DNA of 63,206 nt, counting the filler, from Octopus bimaculoides (taxonomy: Eukaryota): NCBI RefSeq assembly GCF_001194135.2. It is 4 parts of 4 records of this genome, joined end to end, with 100 filler letters (N's around TTAATTAATTAA, not from the genome) between each part and the next. Parts side by side here need not be neighbours in the genome. Positions count along the whole stretch, not along the records: positions 1 to 28,965 come from NC_068982.1; positions 29,066 to 60,170 come from NC_068997.1; positions 60,271 to 62,072 come from NW_026306638.1; positions 62,173 to 63,206 come from NC_068984.1. One strand, given 5' to 3'. Positions 26,357-63,206 of the stretch are shown here, one piece after another. The notes under the pieces were generated by a model. That model was given only the letters and a program-made list of their open reading frames with translations, ran no database searches and was not told the DNA's origin. The position numbers and the translations under genes were made by a program. How positions within the stretch are numbered: position 1 is the stretch's first letter; each line of letters starts with the position of its first letter.

Positions 26357-27659
26357 AAGAAGAAGAAGAAGAAGAAGAAGAAGAAGAAGAAGAAGAAGAA
26401 GAAGAAGAATGATGTAAAGATGAGAATAAAGGGACATAAGTATGCTCTATGTCAAACGGTACAGCAGTAAGCAATAAAGAGGAAAATGGAGGTGAAATAT
26501 TCGATAAAGAATAAAAGAGAAGATAAGAAATACAATGGAATGGAAGTTATTTCGAGTTGGCAAGTTGCCGAGACGTCAGTTGAAGGCTAAATCAACTGAG
26601 TATGTGATGGACACTAAGATTATTTCGCTGGCTTTGCTTCCTGCTAACTTTCGCAAGTGTCCGAGTAAAATTTCGAGAAACAATACAGCAACGAATACAG
26701 CTGATATTAAAGGAAATATTTACAGGAATTGTGGTTGAAAAGGTTGTGTCACCGTTATGTTTATCCACATGTGAAACCTAACAGAGCACATCTGCGTCCA
26801 AATACATGCCAGCCATGGCTAGCTTGACCTAATTCACATGTGTGTGTATCTATTTGTCTGCCTGTTTATGTGTGTGTGTGTGTGTGTTTGTGTTTGTGTG
26901 AGTGTGTGTATGTGTGTGTGTGTCAGTGTGAGCGCGTGTGTGCGTGCGTGTGAGTGTGTAACAGAGCTAGCAATTTATGTGTGTAACACAGGACTAGTTT
27001 GGTGGTATTCTTTGAGAATATTTTCGGAGTGCCCAAATCCACTCTTGAAGAGTGATCCATCCCACAATCTTCTCCGCCCGCTATTCCTAGGGGGATCGTG
27101 GTGTAAGTGCCCGCAGGCACCTTCTCTATAGGGTCTAATCATCATTACACTTTCCCGCTGGATTCTCTAGCGTGACCAACTGAGACTATGGGTATTATCC
27201 TGTCACCTCGTTGTTGGTCTACCCTAGATAACCAACCACCTGGTTCAGCATGAAGAATCTGCTTTACAATCCTTCCCTGTGACATTCTAATTATAAGTCA
27301 ATCGTACAGAACATGTGACGTCTCAATGCTGAGAAGTAGCGATCTAGCTGGAAAGATTCTCAGAACTCCGAGCTATATAATTCGTAGAATGACGTTACCC
27401 CTGATAGCATTTGGAAGAAAGCCTGTATCACTAATCATTAAATAATTGAATATACACTCAATATGCATTAGATTTTCATTTAAATATTTTCACTTTCATG
27501 TCATTATAATTTACATGAAATGTTTCCAATGAACAATGTGGTGGTAATCTGCTTGGAATGTACCCAGAATATTGTTACTCGTCTTCTATTAATCTGACGG
27601 AAAGGAAATCCTTGGGCAAAGATCTACAATCAGATAATTGCTGTTGCAGCCGTATGTGT

Positions 27660-27727
<68 letters not shown>

Positions 27728-27845
27728 ATGTGTGTATGTGTGTGTTAGTGCTCGTGTGTATGCATATGTGCTTGTGTGAACATATCTGCACATATACACA
27801 CGCTCACATTTATACATACGTATATCTGTATGTGTATCTGTATTT

Positions 27846-27985
27846 ATGGATGGATGGTTGGATGGATGGATGGATGGATGGATGGGTAGATGGATGGACG
27901 GACGGACGGACGGTCGGACGGACGGACGGACGGACGGACGGACGGACGGACGGACGAATGGATGGATGTATGGATGGATGGATGG
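27846..27985. repeat. (GGAT)n/(GGAC)n compound tetranucleotide
   Basis: Directly visible. Confidence 0.95.
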
Positions 27986-29065
27986 TGGGCTGGTTAGTGT
28001 ATTATACGCGCGCTCGCTTGGTGAAAGAATCGTCACTAAACACTCATATGATTAGGAAAAAAATCATCTAATACAAATGCTATATGTGAGCTACTTCAAA
28101 TTCCATGTTCCGATGATGTAGAAATCAGTTGGGCTTTTGTGTGCAAGCCGGCAATATTTAAGGATCAAATAATATAGTGTTCTGTGAGATAATACGAGAA
28201 AACAATTAGAAAATTAAGCGCAAAAAGAAAATGAATGAGCGAGAAAAAAGTTGATAAAGAAAATCTAATTGTCATAGAATCTGGATTATGTCGCTTCAAC
28301 ACTTTGAAAATAGAAAATATTTAATATATGTTTAATGTGCATACCTAGGTGTTGTGATCTGAAATGTTTGTCTAGTAGGATAATATATATAGGAAAATGC
28401 TAAAGGTCGTTAATCTGTATGTGTAATCCGCTGAGAGGGTAAGAGATGAATGCATCTTCTAAAGATCTCAAACTTCGAGTTTAGAAGATTGTTGAACAAG
28501 ACTGCATCGACCTATATTTCAATAAGAAATTTATCTCCGCAAACTTACATAGTTACTTAAAGATTCTTCTGGCATTCTCTGTGTGTGCTTTCTCTTTCTC
28601 GTACTTCTTCGTAAACTACACGTTACTTATAGAGTACCTTATTTGGATCGCTAGATTATATTTTGTACCTATATCAGCATGTCCGAATGTTGCACTAGCT
28701 GTTCAGGGAGCTTCGAGTTAAGTGGCATACATCCACTCCCTGTATTCATTAAATGTTACATACACACACACACACACAGACACATACACACACATATATA
28801 TATATAGATACAAAATATATATATATAAAATATTAAAAATATATATATATATAAATATATAAATAAAATTTGTATATATAAATGAAATATATATATATAT
28901 GAATAATATATATATATATATATCAAGATTATATATATATGTATATATATATATATATATACATANNNNNNNNNNNNNNNNNNNNNNNNNNNNNNNNNNN
29001 NNNNNNNNNTTAATTAATTAANNNNNNNNNNNNNNNNNNNNNNNNNNNNNNNNNNNNNNNNNNNN

Positions 29066-29461
29066 GTTTTTAGTAGAAAGTGGGTTATACATCTTTAGAC
29101 GTATACCTGACTTTCCTACTATAAACTTAGAATATAACGGAACGCTGAACTCCAGACTATCAACTTAAACAACACTTTATTCAGGTGGTAAATATATACA
29201 TCTTTAGTTCTTGTTGTTACAGCTTCTGTTGTGTATGAGCATAGTTGTTGAGACGTTGTTCTGTAGTTGTAAGCGAGCTGTCGAGTGTAAGTCCGAAAGA
29301 TGTAGAGAGACAGCTTAACCCGTAAAGAGAATGTCTCCAGATTGGAGTATTAGAGACACTCTTGACACGTCCGTGCTCATGGTCGGCCGACCGTAAAAGA
29401 GATAGAATTAAGCGGGAACGCTTGCTTGTTTAATTCCACGCATGCGCACAGCGTTACTACA
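29066..29461 (-). mobile_element. Candidate LTR (solo, or the end of an element lost in the gap)
   Basis: Minus strand starts TGTAGTAAC, with a TATATA box then AATAAA; CpG-rich; abuts an N gap so the CA end and TSD cannot be seen. Confidence 0.35.
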
Positions 29462-30665
29462 AGTTCTTGAACATCCAGCATTGGGATCAGGTATGGATGA
29501 GGATTTGTTATATGCTAACAATTGAAATTTCGAATTTTAAAAGAACTCCCAAAATTTGTCAACTTCCAAGTTGTTTCATATAAACTGAATTTAAAGTAAT
29601 ACCATATTGGTAGGGTACCAATAAATGCTTTATTTTCACTGCTCTTTTTAGTTTTGGGCTGCAGACCCAATTAGCCCTTTGCAGGAGCCACACTGAAGGC
29701 CTGTATGGATTGCAGCTTTAAGCTGGTCAACAATGTGTCAGTACTATTAAACAATTGCTGGTCTGTTCAAATCTATGACATGGATTAAGACCTTCCAGTC
29801 CTGAGGAGCAGATACAAGAGTCCAGTACGTTGGTTTGAGTTAAACTTTGGGTGATCAATCGTTACCTTCATCATCATCGTTATTTAATGTCTGCTTTCCA
29901 TGCTGCCATGGGTTGGATGGTTTGACTGAGGGCTGGTGAGCCGGAAGGCTGTACCAGGCCCCAATCCAATCTGGTAATGTTTCTACATCTGGATGCCCTT
30001 CCTAATGCCAACCACTCCGAGAGTGAAGCGGGTGTTTTTTATGTACCACCAGGACGAGGGCCAGTCAGGCAGTACTGGCATTGGTCATGCTCGGATGGTG
30101 CTTTTTATGTGCTACTGGCACGGGAGCCAGTCAGGCAGCACTGGCAATGACCATGCTCGAATGGTGCTTTTTACATGCCACCAGCACTGGCATCAAACAC
30201 TTGAACAGTGCTTCTAATGTGCTACCAGCATGGGAGCCAGTCAGATGGTACTGGCATTGATCACACTCAAATGGTGCTTTTTACATGCCATCAGCATCGG
30301 TGCCAATCAGGCAGTACTGTCATCGGCCACAACAACAACTGATTTTAATCAACAGTCTGTTTTTAATCTTTATATGATGTCCTAAAGTCTGAGAATTAAA
30401 ATAAGTTGCATATACTTTAAAGCTGTTAAGGAATTTTTCTCTTCACTTGCTTACTTAATACAGAAACTAAATTAAGGATTAGCACCAGCTCTAATGAAGC
30501 ATTGTATGTTTTAAAGGGTTAACTCAAAGTTAAACAGAAGTCATAGGTACTTGTTGAATTCAATCTAACTGCTATTCCTATTTTACAACATACAACATTA
30601 ATTATAAGCGATTGGAAGGAAATTAATTAGGATCATATTTTTTAAACATATAAACAGAAACTTAC

Positions 30666-58406
<27,741 letters not shown>

Positions 58407-59360
58407 TACTACATGTAAAGTGAGAGCCACTTCATCTAAGAAAGCAACACTTGTCCATGTTCAGCCAGCCTATAGTATGGTCATGTGATTTATGACTACA
58501 CACACACACACACACATATCGGTAAAACATAAATCCAGAAAAGAAGCTCATTCTTTGGTATAGAGCAGTATATTATATAAATAAAGTTAGATAAGGCCGG
58601 TTTATGGGATTACCCTAGGTTTTACATCCATAAAGCGCTTTATATATATATATATATATATATATNNNNNNNNNNNNNNNNNNNNNNNNNNNNNNNNNNN
58701 NNNNNNNNNNNNNNNNNNNNNNNNNNNNNNNNNNNNNNNNNNNNNNNNNNNNNNNNNNNNNNNNNNNNNNNNNNNNNNNNNNNNNNNNNNNNNNNNNNNN
58801 NNNNNNNNNNNNNNNNNNNNNNNNNNNNNNNNNNNNNNNNNNNNNNNNNNNNNNNNNNNNNNNNNNNNNNNNNNNNNNNNNNNNNNNNNNNNNNNNNNNN
58901 NNNNNNNNNNNNNNNNNNNNNNNNNNNNNNNNNNNNNNNNNNNNNNNNNNNNNNNNNNNNNNNNNNNNNNNNNNNNNNNNNNNNNNNNNNNNNNNNNNNN
59001 NNNNNNNNNNNNNNNNNNNNNNNNNNNNNNNNNNNTATAACAAAAAGGATTTGGTAAAATATGTATATATATACCCAGGAAATATATTTAAGAGTTCGCA
59101 AAAAGTTGAGGAGGAACTGACCTAGCTTTTTTCTCTTGTGTGTATTGAGGGAATGTTTGCTGTCTTAAGAGACAATATGACTGGCTAGCTGGGGTGGGAG
59201 GAAGGAAGAGTTAAAAGGGATTTTTTGATTTTTGGTTGGTCTGTGAGCTAGTCTGTCATGGTTCACTGGTTTTTGGGACTGGTTTTGTGCACATCTCTAT
59301 GTGTATGTGTATATATGTGTGTTTGTGTCCGTGTGTGTGTGTGTGTGGGTGTGTGTGTGT

Positions 59361-60169
59361 GCCGTTTAACAACAAAGGAATGTGACTACCTAGCAAACTT
59401 TAATTACAAAACCAGCAACCTCTATGGACTTCCAAAAATCCACAAGAACAAAACTATTTCTGAAGCTTGCCGAAAGTCCACTTCCACCTGCATCACTGTA
59501 CCACATCCCACTGATCTCAAACTAAGACCAATTGTGGCAGGCCCAAACTGTGAAACACACAGATTAAGCAACTTTATCGATATCCTCTTGAAACCAATAC
59601 TTCACCACATACCAAGTACTGTTAGAGATGACCTGGACCTACTAAATCATCTACCCAAACATACCGATAAAGACATTTTCATTGTTTCCTTTGATGTAAT
59701 AAATCTTTACACTACGATCCCACATCAATATGGACTGGAAGCCATTAAATTCTGGCTAGAAAAATACCCCCAATGAGATCCCAGAAAGAATAAAAAAAGA
59801 ATTCATCATCAAGGGCCTTAAGTTTATCCTTCAAAACAATTTTTTGAATTTTAATGATAACACCTACAGGGGACTGCAATGGGGACTAAAGTTGCCCCTA
59901 CATATGCAAACCTGGTGATGGCCTACTTAGAATTGCAGATCTACGACAAATCCAAAACTAGATATGGCCTGTCTTTCCACCAATACCTGTTGAAGAATTG
60001 GAAACGTTACTTGGATGATTGCCTCATCCTATGGTCCCACACACTCGACCAACTCTTTGACTTCAAAACCCTAATCAACAGTGTCAACAACCATATCCAA
60101 TTTACAATGGAATACAGTCAAGACCAACTTCCTTTTCTTGACATTCTCATTATAAAAATAGGTACCAGC
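59361..60169 (+). mobile_element. Penelope-like retroelement RT fragment with a stop and frameshift
   Basis: LYGLPKIHK, LRPIVAGP, VSFDVINLYTTIPH, GTAMGTKVAPTYANL, KRYLDDC, LPFLDI. Confidence 0.9.
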
Positions 60170-60672
60170 ANNNNNNNNNNNNNNNNNNNNNNNNNNNNNN
60201 NNNNNNNNNNNNNNTTAATTAATTAANNNNNNNNNNNNNNNNNNNNNNNNNNNNNNNNNNNNNNNNNNNNACACCATTAATGTAGTTCTCAGGGAGATTC
60301 AGCGTGACGCAGGGTGTGATAAGGCTAGCCCTTTGAAATACAGGTCCAACAGACACAAGTGTGAAAGAAAGTTGTGGTGAAAGAGTACAGCAGGATTCGC
60401 CACCAACCCTTGACGGAGCCTCGTGCAGCTTTAGGTGTTTTCGCTCAATAAACATTCAAAACACCCGATCTGGGAATCGAAACCGCGAGTACGCTGCCCT
60501 AACCACTGGGCCATTGCGCCTCCATGGTCAATATATATATATATATTATATACGTATACATTTGTATGTGAACTAAATATGTATTATATTTATATATACA
60601 TGTACAATATAAATATTATATATATACACGCACCTGGCTATGTATGTACATGTATGTATGTATGTATGTATG

Positions 60673-60735
<63 letters not shown>

Positions 60736-62829
60736 CAAATAGTAAATAAGTATATGCATATATACGTACAGGTATGTGAATACCGACATCCACCTGTATG
60801 TATAGGTGCATTTCTGGGTACAGGACATTGCAAACAAAACGTAGACGAGAAAACACACAAGCCANNNNNNNNNNNNNNNNNNNNNNNNNNNNNNNNNNNN
60901 NNNNNNNNNNNNNNNNNNNNNNNNNNNNNNNNNNNNNNNNNNNNNNNNNNNNNNNNNNNNNNNNNNNNNNNNNNNNNNNNNNNNNNNNNNNNNNNNNNNN
61001 NNNNNNNNNNNNNNNNNNNNNNNNNNNNNNNNNNNNNNNNNNNNNNNNNNNNNNNNNNNNNNNNNNNNNNNNNNNNNNNNNNNNNNNNNNNNNNNNNNNN
61101 NNNNNNNNNNNNNNNNNNNNNNNNNNNNNNNNNNNNNNNNNNNNNNNNNNNNNNNNNNNNNNNNNNNNNNNNNNNNNNNNNNNNNNNNNNNNNNNNNNNN
61201 NNNNNNNNNNNNNNNNNNNNNNNNNNNNNNNNNNNNNNNNNNNNNNNNNNNNNNNNNNNNNNNNNNNNNNNNNNNNNNNNNNNNNNNNNNNNNNNNNNNN
61301 NNNNNNNNNNNNNNNNNNNNNNNNNNNNNNNNNNNNNNNNNNNNNNNNNNNNNNNNNNNNNNNNNNNNNNNNNNNNNNNNNNNNNNNNNNNNNNNNNNNN
61401 NNNNNNNNNNNNNNNNNNNNNNNNNNNNGTGAGCAAGGAGAGGAAAAGAGAAAGAGAGGAAGTACGAGGGGGAAAAAGAGATACGTAGTAGTAACAGAGG
61501 AAGAACGAGAGGGGTAAAGCGAGATACGTAGTAGTAAAGAGGAAGAACGAGAGGGGGAAAAATGATAGAGGAAGAGAAAGAGAAGGAGATAGAGTAGCGT
61601 CGGAAAATATAAAGTTACGATAACTACTTACAAATTGGTGACGCTGCGTTCAGTCATGTAAAAACAAATAGTAAATGAGTATATGCATATATACGTACAG
61701 GTATGTGCATACCGACCACGAAAAAGAAAACTCGCTGCATAGGCAAAAAACAAACACAGATTTGACATTAGTTTTACACTCGCGAAAGTTGAGACGAAGA
61801 CTAAACATATTGACCGTTTCGGGCATTCATTCTTCTTCAAAAGGATAGAATAGAAATAGCGAGAACAGAGCTGAGAATGAGGAAATTGTATTGCACGTGA
61901 GTCTAAATGTCACAGAATGAGGGAAAAATTGTAATTTATAGAGTTCGCTTACGATATGAATGGCGAAGAGGTATCCAGCCTAATGTGCGTGTGGTTGCTT
62001 ACTCTCCTATGAAGTTGCTGTTTGTATGCATACTGCGTGTATGTGTGTGTGTGTGCATGTGTGTGTGTGTGTNNNNNNNNNNNNNNNNNNNNNNNNNNNN
62101 NNNNNNNNNNNNNNNNTTAATTAATTAANNNNNNNNNNNNNNNNNNNNNNNNNNNNNNNNNNNNNNNNNNNNAATATGACCAAACAATAATCCACATTTT
62201 GAATATGATTGTTACATACTACATTGTAATTTAGAGTCCCCTCTTGCTTAAAATTACAACATAAACAGGCACTAATAAAAATGAATGTTGGAACTAGATT
62301 TTCATCCGGCCACTACTTTGTTGTCCCTTTTTTGTATCACCTAACTGTCTGGATATTTTGTGTTCTTGTCCTACTTTGTGTTTTACATATATATATATAC
62401 TTTATTGAAAAGCAGCAAAAATATCACAAAAACTGTTACTCAGAGTTTCACGTTCCCGTTCGTCGGACAGTTTTGTGTAGAATGGAACAGAAACAAGGTT
62501 ATAAGTAAACATATACAATAAGTTTAATGGGTACACATTTAAAAAATGGTTTGGTTTCATTGGTCTTTTTCAACTAACGGTCTTTACAATAACCGGTAGC
62601 ATGCAATGAACAAATATTGGGTATAGAATCATCTCATAAAATTGAAGAAAACCTTAAATCAAAGAGTTTATAAATACATTTATCAATTAATACACTAAAA
62701 GTTATATGTGTTTAAACATTTTAAATTTTCATGTTGGATAACATATACATTTAGCAGTATATGCACATACTAAACCATCTATAATATACATATATACACT
62801 AAAACGTACAGACGTATATATATATATAT

Positions 62830-63203
62830 GTATATAGCACCATTTGAGCGTGATCGTTACCAACATCGCCTTCCTGGCACTTGTGCCAGTGGCACGTGAA
62901 AAGACATTTGAGCGAGTTCATTGCCAGTATCACTGGACTGGCTCCTGTGCAGGTGGCACGTAAAATACACCATTTCGAGCGTGGCCGTTGCCAGTACCTC
63001 CTGACTGGCCTTCGTGCCGGTGGCACGTAAAAGCACCCATTACACTCTCGGAGTGGTTGGCATTAGAAAGGGCATCCAGCTGTAGGAACTCTGCCAAATC
63101 AGATTGGAACCTGGTGTAGCCATCTGGTTTCACCAGTCCTCAGTCAAATTGTCCAACCCATGCTAGCATGGAAAGCAGACGTTAAACAATGATGATGATG
63201 GTA
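62830..63203 (+). mobile_element. Abundant (GAT)n-tailed RTE-3'UTR-type repeat, with more than 15 copies between 29860 and 55750 in both orientations
   Basis: Shared ...GGCATCCAGCTGTAG...CCCATGCTAGCATGGAAAGCAGACGTTAAAC(GAT)n tail and ~25-bp AAAAGCACTGGTGCTGGTGCCAC tandem units. Confidence 0.8.
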
Positions 63204-63206
63204 TAT

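Noticed and set aside
25386-26474. Ser/Leu-rich and poly-S/L/Y ORFs
   Set aside because: Translations of (GA)n, (AAT)n and (GAA)n microsatellites.
28545-28625. Purine-rich minus-strand stretch with a GTAAGT donor, as a possible further NRAMP exon
   Set aside because: Poor acceptor, lies beyond a scaffold gap and outside the CpG-depleted domain, and has no homology support.
29010-29021. TTAATTAATTAA islands flanked by N runs (also 60215-60226 and 62117-62128)
   Set aside because: An identical 12-mer with stops in all frames, always centred in gaps: a scaffolding spacer, not biology.

Overview
AT-rich, microsatellite- and repeat-dense animal DNA from a gapped draft assembly. The repeat families look like Octopus (inference). 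The one supportable host gene is a minus-strand NRAMP/SLC11 (DMT1/Malvolio-like) divalent-metal transporter. I reconstructed it by hand as 13 confident coding exons (58406 down to 31314) plus a probable 33-nt 14th exon (30666-30698); all introns are GT-AG and phase-compatible, giving about 519 codons, and the stop codon is unresolved. It keeps the DPGN and MPH metal-binding motifs but has a much shorter TM7-TM8 loop than vertebrate DMT1. Positions 1-29 kb appear intergenic and hold decayed LINEs (R4/Dong, Tx1/L1, RTE, Penelope), a full-length DD37E Tc1-like transposon, a mariner remnant, a Helitron end and SINEs. The most unusual object is a 294-bp foldback element in intron 1 (56829-57122) with long inverted repeats, a 9-bp target duplication and telomeric CCCTAA/TTAGGG arrays around a 22-bp core. 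CpG depletion from about 29.5 to 55.6 kb tracks the gene body. Almost all ORFs in the supplied track are microsatellite or gap artefacts.
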